Of a DNA stretch of 64,000 nt, positions 52,745 through 64,000 are shown in pieces (the first letter of the stretch is position 1; each line of letters opens with the position of its first letter). The stretch covers positions 25,854,001 through 25,918,000 of the forward strand of contig NC_045138.2 of the NCBI RefSeq assembly GCF_008831285.2, given 5' to 3'. Both the position numbers and the translations under genes were made by a program. This DNA comes from Nymphaea colorata. Its lineage: Eukaryota. A model generated the notes under the pieces. That model was not told where the DNA came from and searched no databases. It saw nothing but the letters and a program-made list of their open reading frames with translations.

Positions 52745-52805
52745 AGGTCACGATCCCATTTTTTATGGTACAAAAGAATAGCGCCCACAAGAATCGAACA
52801 AGTAA
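52745..52805 (-). mobile_element. SINE-like copy 3 (B-box and body; 5' part diverged)
   Basis: GTCACGATCCCATTTTTTATGGTACAAAAGAATAGCGCCCACAAGAATCGAACA aligns to 49541-49594 and shares CCCACAAGAATCGAACA exactly. Confidence 0.55.
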
Positions 52806-54056
52806 CCTGTCTTCTACACACCCTTTTAACCCCTTGAAATTTTCTGTTGTTCACTAAAAGATTATACCAATCTGTCACCTTGTGGTATGGGGATGTCGTT
52901 CATGGCCGATTTTGAAGTTGTGACGTTTAAAGTGATAGGCACAAGTCGTCCTGCCAGACGAGCAGTGTCCTTTGGGCAGATGTTTGAGAAGATGGAACAT
53001 AAAATTTGGGTCCACATATTAACAAGCAGTGTAAATGGGCCTTTGGCTACATTTTTTTTTAATGTTTATTTAAAAGAAACCACGTTGGGTGTAAAACCCC
53101 AAAAACCATATTAATTTGATACTTGCATGTAAAACTTTTTTTTTATGCATAAAAATTCACAGTATGTGGCCCCTTCCTTGGTCCATGCTGGGTGGAGGCT
53201 CATAAATTTTGAACCTTCTTCACCTCGCAGTCACAATCTACTCACCCCGCCCCGCACATTAAGACATGTTTGGTTCGGTTTAGAGATGTTAATGGATCAT
53301 ATTTAAACTGCTTTAAAAAGTCGGACAAAAAAAAAAAACTTTTCAATTAAGAAATTGCATCAGATTCAGTTTTTTAAATGTCATCTGGTCGAATTCAGAT
53401 TTGAATTATAGTTCAAATAAATATTCTATTGAATAATAAACCTCAATAATATAATATGGCCAGTTAAAATTTTCTACATCCAATATCCATATATTTTGAA
53501 AGTCGGTTCTTAATGTACCCAATATCAAATTAGAACATATGATAAGTAAGCCCTCCAGGGCTCGCAGGTGTATTTTGATCGGATGGTTAATTTCAAGTTG
53601 AAGTTCGGCTGGAATGACGTTTGAAGTAATCCAAACTCCTCGTCTATCATCTCACCAATCATTAAGTGAAGTGACATTAGTGAGCACTTGGATGTGCTTA
53701 TTGAAACAAATTCCAAAGTGAGATTGGATTTTTCAAAGATTGGAATGGAATCTTCTTTCTTTCTTTCTTTTTCAAAAGTAAGTAGTTATAAAAGAAAAAT
53801 GAAAAAAGTGAAAAAGTCATCAGATATGTAGGAAAATTAAAAGCTAATGGCTATCTCTATAGCAAGATGAATTTTTTTTAAAAAAAATTGTTTCACTAAA
53901 ACTTGTTGAAAAATGTGCATCTGATTGTTAAAAACTCCTAAGCAACTAATAGTTACTAATGCACCTTTTTTTGATGATTTTCAATGATATAAAATTTAAA
54001 AAAGACCATCCAACTAGAGAAATAACCAGTTAATTTTAATTCAAGCATATATATAC

Positions 54057-54363
54057 TGTCACTTAAAACATCATAAATCATTGCTAATAAGAATATAAAT
54101 TGTCACTAAACTGTAAACATCGTTAATCTCTTTTTTTTTTGTCATATGAAAATATCCGACAGCCAGATTATTATCCATATATATAGCAAAATCAAATTAT
54201 AACTTGTCACTTAAAACATCATAAATCATTGCTTGAATAACAATATAAATTGTCACTAGAACTGTAAACATCGGTAATGTCCTTTTTTAATTTTTTTTGT
54301 CATCTGATAATATCCGATGGCCAGATGACTATATATATATATATATATATATATAGCAAAATC
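54057..54363. repeat. Diverged ~150-bp tandem duplication upstream of the receptor kinase
   Basis: TGTCACTTAAAACATCATAAATCATTGCT...AATATAAATTGTCACTA...ACTGTAAACATCG...AATATCCGA...GCCAGAT...ATATATAGCAAAATC occurs twice, from about 54057 and 54205. Confidence 0.9.
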
Positions 54364-55903
54364 TGACAATATATATATATATTTTAATTTGTTTTTCCTC
54401 TTTGTAAAACACTGCGTTATAACAATCATATAGCTGATCCATACCAAATCTATTTCAATTCGATTTAAGGGTGTCATGTCTCTGTTTTCTCTAATTCTGT
54501 AATATATTTTAAGAACGATTTATTTATATTTATTTTTGTGCATTTTTCTTTAATTTAAAAATATTAATAAGAAAACGGCGATGAGAGGATCAGAGAACCG
54601 AGGGAAAACTTATCCACACATTTTGGCCGCCCCACATAAAATGGCGGCAGGAAAAGGATGTACATCAAACGCGTCTTACTTTTACGTTCCCAAGAAACGT
54701 CTAATGCGAAGACCTTCTTGTGGTCCAGCGTTTGCTTCCTCGACAAAAGCCGAAAACAAGAAAAATGAAAATTTTTGATATCTTAGGCATTTTACGAATG
54801 CAAAAGTCCAAAACAGTCCGATCATTCAATATGATTAGTACAGGTGAATCCGACAACTCCGCTGGACCATTTCTAGTTGTCGACAGTGCTCAAAGAACCA
54901 TTAATGTGTGGATATATATTTATGCATTCAACATAATGAAGGTTCAATATTGAAACAAAAATGTATGAAAATGAACAAAGTTCGCATTTATGTCGATAGA
55001 AATACTGTATAAAAGCGATGATAGAGGTTAAAAAACAATTACGATCCAATTTGAGTTGAATCCTGAAGGTTTACAGAAGTTTAAATCTGCTCAAATCTTT
55101 ATAATTTTTTATCTGCTATCAGAAATGTGCATTCGCCGTTTTACTCCCTTTTAGTTTTCTTTCTAAGATGACCTTCATCGCGTCCCCCGAACATAAAATT
55201 TCTCCCTTCCAGGCTTCGGCTTCCAGTCTGTGCTTGCTTCCATCAGGAGGAGTCTGCAGATCAAAGCAACTCTGATCTCTCTCCCTCTCTCTCTAATAAT
55301 ACTGGTTAATATATTAACCTTCATCTCTTTTTCTTTCTTCATTCCATGTGATGCATGTTATCTACCATCTAACTCCTCTCCCCCTCTCTCTCTCTCTCTC
55401 CATAGCGAAAGGCTAAAAGTAAAAGAAATAAAAATGAAGAACAGCAAAGCGCCAACTTCTTTGGTCATCTGCAAATGGTGTTAAAATATAATCACCTCCG
55501 CTCACATGCTTCCTTTCTCCATCTAAGAACAAAAGTAACGCCATGGCAAATTAATTAAGAGGAGGAAGAAGAAAGACCCCACTGTTACCGCACCTTCCCC
55601 TTTTCTTATTATCTATAAAAATGTTTCATGAACAACAGTTCTTTCTCTCTCTCTCTCTCTCTGAATCTGCGGGAAAAAGAGACGAAAATAAAAAAGAAAA
55701 TAGAAAAGGACACAACCACGACATCTTGTTTAAATCAATCGCTCCATACACGTCCTACCCTCCACATGCTCCCTCTCTCACTGGACATAATACAATCGCT
55801 TCCATCTTGTTTGCTTGCTCTCTCTCTCTCTCCCTCTCTGCAATGAGCTAGCTGTTTCTTGGATCCGGAGAATCTGGGTGTTGAAGTGTATAAAGAAAAC
55901 TTG

Positions 55904-55948
55904 ATGGGTATCCGCGCTTTGTTCTTCTCAACCTCATCCGGTTTCTAA
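55904..55948 (+). promoter_or_regulatory. Upstream ORF (14 codons, MGIRALFFSTSSGF*) in the presumed RLK 5' leader
   Basis: ATG at 55904 and TAA at 55946-55948, overlapping the next ATG (TAATG). A minimal uORF ATGAGCTAG lies at 55843-55851. The transcription start site is unknown. Confidence 0.5.
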
Positions 55949-55964
55949 TGCCTTTGCAAAATCC

Positions 55965-58900
55965 ATGGAAGAGAAGCGTGCGTCCCTCCCATCAGTATCC
56001 CTCTCTCACTTCTTCTTCTTCTTCCTGTTTCTTTCATTGGAATTCTTCGTCATAGAATCGCTGAATCCAGAAGGGCAGGCTCTCCTTGCATGGAAGAACA
56101 GCCTGAACGGATCAACTGAAGGTCTCCGTGATTGGAACCCTGTTGATCGCGACCCTTGCAAGTGGTACGGCATCCTCTGCAATGCCAATGGAGAAGTAAT
56201 CAAGGTGAGTCTGAGGTCTCTCCCACTTCATGGCCCTTTGCCTTCTGGCTTGTCTGCCCTCAAATCCCTGCAGACCTTGATTCTCACAGGCGCCAACCTC
56301 ACGGGATCCATCCCAAGAGAGTTTGGTGACTTCTCACAGCTGACCTTCCTGGACCTCAGCCACAATGGGGTCAATGGTGCCATCCCAACTGAAATTTGCA
56401 GGCTCACAAGGCTAGAAAAACTGTACTTGAATTCAAATTTCTTAGAAGGACCAATCCCTGCTGATATTGGCAACCTCACCAGTCTGTCATGGCTTATTCT
56501 CTACGACAACCAGTTGAATGGTGTGGTGCCTTCCAGCATAGGAAACTTGAAGAATTTGACTGTCTTCAGAGCCGGTGGGAATGCAAACCTGCAAGGTCCA
56601 CTTCCTGCTGAGATTGGCAACTGTACGGAGCTTACCATGTTGGGCTTGGCTGAAACCAGCATCACTGGCCCCCTGCCCACAACTCTTGGCCAGCTTAAAA
56701 ATCTGCAGACCCTTGCCATCTACACAGCCATGTTGTCAGGCCCAATACCAAAAGAGTTGGGAGATTGTCCTCAGCTTGACAGCATCTACCTTTACGAGAA
56801 CTCCTTATCAGGTTCAATTCCTAGAGAGTTGGGTAGGCTCTCAAACCTTCAAAACCTGCTGCTATGGCAGAACAGCCTGGTTGGTACCATCCCGCCCGAA
56901 ATCAGCAACTGTTCTTCATTGGTTGTCATTGATTTGTCGATGAACACTCTAACAGGAAGCATCCCTCAAAATTTTGGGAATTTGGCCAACCTTGAAGAGA
57001 TCCTCTTGAGCTCCAATCAAATCTCAGGCTCTCTGCCCTCAAGCCTTGTTAAATGCACTGCTCTAACTCATATCGAGGTGGATAACAATGAGATTACAGG
57101 TCAGATACCTCCAGAGTTGGGAACTCTGAAGAATCTAACTTTGCTTTATCTGTGGGAAAACAAAATTGAAGGGACTATCCCATCCACGCTTGCTGATTGT
57201 GAAAATTTGGAGGCACTTGATCTTTCCCAGAATAATCTTGTTGGGCCCATCCCCAAACAGATATTTTCATTGAAAAACCTTACAAAGTTGCTTCTGTTGT
57301 CCAATGATCTTTCCGGCCCAATCCCGGCAGAGATCGGCAACTGCACGTCATTGGTCCGATTGAGGGCAAGCAACAACCGGCTCTCTGGATCAATCCCATC
57401 TGAGATCGGAAGCTTGTCCAGCTTGAATTTTCTTGATTTGGGTCAGAACCAATTAATTGGATCAATTCCTCCAGAAATCTCTTCCTGCACAGGCCTTCAG
57501 TTTCTTGATCTTCATTCAAACAGCCTCTCCGGAAACATACCTGAAAGTATTGGCCGGCTGGTTGGCCTACAAGTGATTGACATATCAGAGAATTATCTAA
57601 CCGGAGATTTTCCCCCAGCACTTGGTTCACTCACTTCCTTGACTAAGCTCATGCTTGGGTACAACAACTTCTCTAGCAGAATCCCTGCAGAACTTGGCAG
57701 GTGTAGTAAATTGCAGCTTTTGGATCTTAGCAGCAATAGATTTACTGGGGAGATCCCCCCAGAACTAGGGTCGCTCCCTTCTCTGGCAATCTCCCTGAAC
57801 CTCAGCAAGAACTTCCTCACAGGCCAAATACCCCGTGAATTCTCCGGCCTTGTGAAGCTCGGAACTCTGGATCTGTCCCATAACTTGCTCACTGGAGATC
57901 TCTCTGTGCTTTCAACACTTCAAAATCTTGTGACACTCAATGTGAGTTTTAATAACTTTTCTGGCGCCTTACCAGACACACCATTTTTCAAAAAGCTCCC
58001 CTTGAGTGATCTGACTGGAAATTCGGCACTGTGCATCTCTGGTGACTCGTGTTCCCGCATGCCTTCAGCAGCAAAATCCAGCATACTGAAATTGGCAATG
58101 AGTCTCCTGCTCAGTGCAACAGCACTGTTGCTGTTGCTAGCACTATACATGCTGATTAAGGTGCGAAATGGCGCACCTGATGACACCGGAGACCCTGAGA
58201 TTGCTCCTCCGTGGAGCATAACACTCTTTCAGAAGAGGGATATTTTAGTTGATGACATACTACGAAGTCTCATACCAGGAAACATCATTGGCAAAGGGTG
58301 TTCTGGTGTGGTTTACAGAGCATTACTCTGCGGTGGTGACAGTATAGCAGTAAAGAGATTATGGCCTAGCAAGAAATGCAGTGAGCTAGCCTTTGCTTCA
58401 GAGACAAACACACTGGGTTCTATAAGGCACAAGAACATAGTAAGGCTGTTGGGCTACTGTAGTAACAGAAGCACTAAGCTCCTGTTGTATGATTACATGC
58501 CCAATGGCAGTTTGGGTTCTCTCCTTCATGATGAGAATGGCAAAGGTGTGGTGGTAGAATGGGAGATGAGGTACAATATCTTGTTGGGAGCAGCACAAGG
58601 GCTAGCTTACTTGCACCATGATTGTATACCTCCCATACTTCACAGGGACGTGAAAGCCAACAACATTCTATTGGGTCAAAGATACGAGCCTTACTTGGCC
58701 GACTTTGGGCTCGCTAAGTTGCTAAATGAAGATAATATGAGCTACTCTAGGTCCTCTCCACATCTTGCTGGTTCCTATGGCTATATTGCACCTGGTAATA
58801 AAAAATTTCCTTCACCCAAGTTTCTTCCTTCTATAAATGATTTGCTGTTAGAGAAGTGCATGTGGGATTTCTATGCTAACCCAATTTCATCGTTCACCTG

Positions 58901-59562
58901 GCTGAAACTAATTGCTTGAATCTGTAAAAGTGTGCTGCTCGATGTATCTGTTCTTTGTGATTTCCTTATGTCCTTAAATACTTAAAGCTGTTAACAAAGC
59001 ATGCTTTATCTTTCAAAAGCTTCAATTCTTGATTCAAATCAATTCAAGTTTCCTGAATGTTTTGTTCGTTGCTGCAGAGTATGCATCCATGTTACGCATT
59101 ACGGAGAAAAGTGATGTCTACAGCTTCGGAGTGGTCCTCCTGGAAGTCCTCACTGGCAAACACCCACTGGACCCAACCTTCCCAGAAGGCCAGCATTTGG
59201 TTCAGTGGGTGAAGGACCACCTGAAAAGTAAAGGCAACGCGGTTGAGGTTCTGGATCCTAAGCTGCAAGGAAGGCCAGACTCGCAGATCCAAGAGATGCT
59301 ACAATCTCTGGGCATATCGCTGCTCTGCATTAGCAACAACGCGGATGATCGGCCTACCATGAAAGATGTTGCAGCGCTCCTCAAGGAGATCCGCCATGAT
59401 TTCCCAGGCGACGCCCATAAGCTTGATGTCTACAAGCAACCTGACAACCTCCCAAAGTACTCATCCACTGTCTCTAGCGCTAGATCGCTGCTGCCTCCAT
59501 GCTCCTCATCTTCCTCTCTCCCATACTCTTCCTCTGTTTCTACCAAGATAAACCTCCATTGA
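55965..59562 (+). CDS. LRR receptor-like Ser/Thr kinase, subfamily XI, RGI/RGFR (RGF sulfated-peptide receptor) type
   Basis: Exon 1 is 55965-58794 and exon 2 is 59078-59562, with the single intron at GYIAP^E typical of LRR-XI. Signal peptide, N-cap W...C.WYGI.C, more than 20 LRRs, RxGG (FRAGGN) and RxR (LVRLRA) ligand motifs, TM helix, and kinase motifs GKGCSGVVY, AVKRL, HRDVKANN and DFGLAK. Confidence 0.95.
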
Positions 59563-60124
59563 AGAGGAGAAGAAGAGTGGGAAATGAAGTGGGAGAGGCA
59601 CATTAGTTACTGGTAATTCAGTGATGGTAAATAGTAAAAGAGAGTGCTGATAGCAGAAGCAAGGCTTCTTTTTTTCTTCTCCTGGGTGTTGGTAGTGTTC
59701 TTGGCTGCTGTTAAGGAAGAAAAAGGGGGAAAAGGAACAGGTTTGAATGGTTTTAGCTCTAGGCTGCTGGTGGGGGCAGGAGATGTTGGGGGGAGGATGA
59801 CAAGCCCACATCCACGTGAAGGGGATAGATGGCGACAGTCATTGGGTGCATTATTGGGACGTTGGAAGGTGATTTGGTCTGCACCACATGACTGCACGTG
59901 ATGGAGCAGGATGGCAAAGCGTGGTGAAGAGGAAGGAGAAGGGGAAAGAGGATTGGTCAGTTCTTTTGGTTGTCAAATTGAAGACAGACACCCACTAAGC
60001 TCAGAGTACAGCTAGGCTTTTGACATATATAAATTGTAAAAGCTGTAAGATAGGCATTTTTCAGAATTGCTTCTGGTGGTTCTCATGAAAAGAGAATTAA
60101 AATTGCAGTTGGATGTATTTAGTG

Positions 60125-60155
<31 letters not shown>

Positions 60156-60200
60156 CCTCTCCTTCTCTCTCTGCGTGTCTGTGTCTGTGTCTGTGTGAGT
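60125..60200. repeat. Compound (CT)n/(GTGTCT)n microsatellite
   Basis: Direct simple repeats. Confidence 0.9.
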
Positions 60201-61605
60201 GTTGCAACGACAAAAAGCAGAATGGGTGAAGCTACTTGCTCGTTGAAAGAGAAACAAGTGAAAACGAAAAGTCTGAATATCTGTTAAGTGGGATCACAGC
60301 CTCTGCCTGCATGAGAAAAAAAGGAACAGATATTCCTCAGTTGATCCATACGGCAGGGCCTCTCTCTCTCTCGCTTGAACCAGGTAATACTCTAGAAACA
60401 TGCCAAGATTCACAATCTTCGTAGAGCACATCGATGACGAAAAATGTATTAAGAATCCAAAATTTTGTGAAAAAACATGGCCGAATATAAAAGTCAGAAT
60501 CTCGTCAAAGAGAGTGATGCTTATATGCCTTTGCGTTGCGGATATCGAACTTGATGGTTCTGTTCTCTTCCTCATCTTTATCTTTCGGCTCCTAATCTGG
60601 CAGCGCAACCTTCAAAAGGCATCATATGGTACGTGTCCCTTTTCATCAGAATTACCGAAAACTTTCGTGCAGCGAATTATTCAGGCTGTTGATTCAACAA
60701 ACTCCCCATAGATTCAATTGGGTATATGTGAATTTTGTGGAGTCATATTTCATAAACTTATTCTTCATATTCTTCTGAAGATCTAATCAGATAATAATGT
60801 AAGTTGATCTCAATCATCCAAAACTTGAAAACCAGCTCCGAAACTCCTGTGTTTGGATATGTGAATAAGATTTTACAGAGATTCAAATTCTACCCTTTGA
60901 AATCTTGCAGGTTAAAGAACTTTTCAAATTCATCAGTCTAAATACGCGGAACCTGGACTGCTAGTGCATTTTTGCTCCCTGCCCTATATAACAAGCATGT
61001 TCAGGTTAGGAGATCTATGTCTATGTAACTTTAGCTGCAGTTTTGGCGTTTGCTAGCGCCATTTTCATTATCATTTCGCTTCCAATCAATGAAAATGGTT
61101 GCAGATATGTATACAAACTTTTACTTCATATAAAAAAACTTATACATATTATTAAAAAAAACACAATTTTAATTTTTTGTTGGGCCTAAAAAATTTCATA
61201 TCTTTTCAATGGCACTACAGCACTATGTCATCTCAGAGTGGCTTCGAATCGGTACGGTGGTACCTCGAGGCCAACCTGACACTGAAATAATGCCAGAAAT
61301 ACTACAGGATGTCATCACGTCTCAACGCGTGGACAAACATTTCCTTCGAATTCATTGCAACGTCCCTTTTCTTTTCCCAAACTAACGTGAAAAACCTGGA
61401 AAATTATTGTGTGTGACAGTGAGAGAAATGAACTATAACGCGCTCAAAGCATGGTTCAGTGGTGAAAAGAGGCTCCGTGCCTTAGTTCTGTCGCTGTATG
61501 TCAACCCAGTCAAAGTTGGCTCATTTGTCACAAAAGCCACACTTCCTGCACCATATAGTAGAAATTTCTGGTTGAGAAGCATTTACTGAGGGGCATTTAT
61601 GCTAG

Positions 61606-61893
61606 TAGGGGTGAACAAATGTCGAGTTGAGAGTCGAGCCCGAGTTCAGCTAGCATAAAATTGGCTCGACTAATGAAACCTCGAGCTCGAGCTCGGCTCG
61701 AGAATAGCTCGGCAAAAGCAGCTCGAGCTCAACTCTGCAGTTGCGTGTCGACTCATGAACTCGAACTCGACTTGATTATTTGAACGAGTCGACTCATGAA
61801 CTCGAACTCGACTCATTAAGCAAAATGACTTGGCTCAAACTCGTTCACGAACTGAGCTTTAACGAGTCGAGCTCGACAAGTTGTTCACCCCTA
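61606..61893. mobile_element. hAT-like MITE with perfect 13-bp TIRs and CTCGAG/GTCGAC-rich subterminal repeats
   Basis: TAGGGGTGAACAA (61606-61618) / TTGTTCACCCCTA (61881-61893). Internal GTCGACTCATGAACTCGAACTCGACT occurs twice, with many GAGCTCGA motifs. The 8-bp flanks match only partly (TATGCTAG/ACAGCTAA). Confidence 0.85.
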
Positions 61894-62208
61894 ACAGCTA
61901 ATCTCGAAAAAGCAGCAACATATTCTTTAGCAAGTGGCAAATGAAGACAGGTCCGGCCAGAACCTCCGGATCATGGCCTAGGTCAATTGGAAGCACTTCA
62001 CATGGCTACACATACGTCTAGCCTCACTCTCAATTCAGAATTTACAAGCCCACATGAGGCTCCGCTACTAAAGACATTGGTGCACCTCCCTCGTCATTTT
62101 TCCATGAAACTTGTGATACAGATCAACTCACCTCATTGATCGGACTATGGAACGGATGGAACCGAGATGTGCCTAGCTGTGCGGGATGCCAGTTAGATGG
62201 GTCTGTTC

Positions 62209-62326
62209 GTGGCAGGTATATTAAAAGGTCCTGGGCTCGAGAACTGGTAGAGTGCAACGTGGCAAGTATAATGAAAGGTCCAGGGTTTCTAGAACTGGTC
62301 CATGGTTCGAGAACTGGTAGAGCGTG
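62209..62326. repeat. Degenerate ~49-bp minisatellite-like repeat
   Basis: CGTGGCAGGTATATTAAAAGGTCCTGGGCTCGAGAACTGGTAGAG, then CGTGGCAAGTATAATGAAAGGTCCAGGGTTTCTAGAACTGG, then a third partial GGTTCGAGAACTGGTAGAG. Confidence 0.75.
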
Positions 62327-62381
62327 ACAAAACAAAGGAGGTAGGTCAGCTCGAAGGGGCCCATGCCAGCGCAGCTAGATG

Positions 62382-62582
62382 CATGTGAAGAAGAGCCAGA
62401 AATTTTTTATGAGGGAAACTGAATTAAAGTTTCTAAATTTTGACACGAGCAAAAATATCATTTTTCAAAATTTTTATATAAAATAAGAAAAATTTTATAA
62501 AATTTACAAGTAATTTTTTTAAACAAAAAAGAAATTGAAGCAGGGCCCCATGGAAACCCCTTTCACTCTGCCCATACATGTG
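62382..62582. mobile_element. Degenerate MITE, possibly related to the 495-609 and ~45090-45250 elements
   Basis: GAGCCAGAAATTTTTTATGAGGG resembles GAAGCCAAAAAATTTTATCTAAGAGGG at about 45097 and AAATTTTTTTATGAG at about 584. AT-rich core with GC-rich ends. Confidence 0.4.
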
Positions 62583-64000
62583 CCTTCATTTAACCCATTT
62601 TATAAGCTCACCTACTTTGTGGCTTCTGTGTAGGTAGGGAGTAGGGACACATTTTCCTATGTGTAAGTAAAGATTTATTAGGGAATGCACTATACAGTAT
62701 TGTTGTACAATCGGATCTAAGCATTAAAAATAGTTCTGACATGAGGAATGGGTTTAGGTTATTGACCATGCCATTTTGTTGACTCACTTCAGCAAAGGCC
62801 CAGTAACATGGATCATTCATTTCCCTTTTGGAACTCTTGGTGTCCAATGATAAAGGGTAGCCCGTGCATTGATCCTGTGAAGAACTCTCACTGATACATA
62901 AAATTTCAAAGTACAAGTCATTAATATGAAGATGGTAAATCATGTTCTACGTTATAAGGAGATTGGTTTTTCTCCTTGACTATGAAATGAATATTCTATC
63001 AAAGTTTACCCAAAACAGATACCATTTTACTTGGTCAATTCTAGAGAGAGAATTGTCCTTTATTAAGGTTGCACTTAACATCCTTGCCATATGTGAATTC
63101 ACTTTTTTATATGCTAGGACAACTAAATCTTATCTTTACATTAAAGGGATATAAACAATAAACGATTAAAACAACTAAAATAATTTTTTTATCTCTTTCA
63201 TCATTAAATGTTCAATAGAACCTTTTCATAATTAAAGAAATGGAAACAATGACTTGAGACTAGAGTTATCATAGTCAAAATATAACATTTATATTTATTA
63301 TATGTGTACAACTGATTGATTGTGAAGCAGTTAAAATTCTGTTTGAGTGGAGTAAAAAAAAAATTGTTCTATATTGATAAGATTGAGACTAATATCAAAT
63401 GTAAGTTCAATGCTTGGACTTGGACCTGAGTCTCAGGAACGCGTGTCCCTTAAAGGGAAATTAATTATAATACTTTATATTGTTGAAATTGAGAACAGAT
63501 ATAATCATCATGGGCCATTCGTGAAGATAGGCACGAAACCAAATCTATATGACCTTTTGCAGCTAAACTATTGATTAAAATCCAAGGTTGCTGATTTTTT
63601 TTTTTCAAGTTCTTCTAGAAGTATACTTCAACAAACTAAGTCTTGCAATCATACTCGTCACATCACATACAGTTCACTTTTCATATAAAGATAGCCGAAC
63701 ATTTCATAAAAATAACGAGAAATATTTTACATCTTCACAGGTCATAATCAAATAAATGTGTCTATGTCTTATCTTTTATATGTATATACATGCACACACA
63801 CACACGCATGGGAGACACACACACACACGGGAGAAAGATAGGAAATGACCATAAATGTCGCTAAAACTATAATAAGCCGTCATCACACCATAAACAATCG
63901 TTAATATCAATGTACTAACTTTTTTTTAGCAACACACTTTTGATATATTAGCCATCGAGCAACATCATTTGGCTATATACATGGTCCATCTTTCAACTGT

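Noticed and set aside
56006..58598. Antisense and alternative-frame ORFs within the RLK (and likewise within the PHD, CAS and coiled-coil first exons)
   Set aside because: These are shadow ORFs of real coding sequence.
62209..62326. Repeat-spacer-like pattern suggestive of CRISPR (also 9295-9384)
   Set aside because: Eukaryotic context, only 2-3 degenerate tandem units, no unique spacers and no cas genes.

Overview
Eukaryotic (flowering-plant) nuclear DNA: AT-rich and intron-rich, with GT-AG splicing and many GA/CT and AT microsatellites. The overall style suggests an early-diverging angiosperm, but that is only an impression. Eight intact multi-exon protein-coding genes were assembled by hand: MIS12 kinetochore subunit (-), PDIL5-2-type membrane protein disulfide isomerase (-), chloroplast calcium-sensing receptor CAS (-), an uncharacterised coiled-coil tail-anchored protein (-), plastid SET-domain protein pTAC14 (+), a PHD/ePHD (Jade/BRPF-like) zinc-finger protein (+), pre-mRNA cleavage factor CFIm25 (-) and an RGI/RGFR-type LRR-XI receptor kinase (+). 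About 13 kb upstream of the kinase is gene-free and holds MITEs, a tRNA-derived SINE-like family and motif-dense patches that may be regulatory. The most notable oddities are: (1) the kinase 5' end, where a uORF stop overlaps an ATG encoding an MPLQNPW N-terminus that is out of frame with the main ORF and would be restored by a 2-bp CT slip; (2) an apparently perfect 279-bp tandem duplication; (3) a possibly frameshift-extended basic tail on the tail-anchored protein; (4) a closely convergent PHD/CFIm25 pair. I found no prokaryote-type system, CRISPR array, rRNA or tRNA gene, and no convincing new multi-gene system. All homology calls are from recognition of the sequences, not from database searches.
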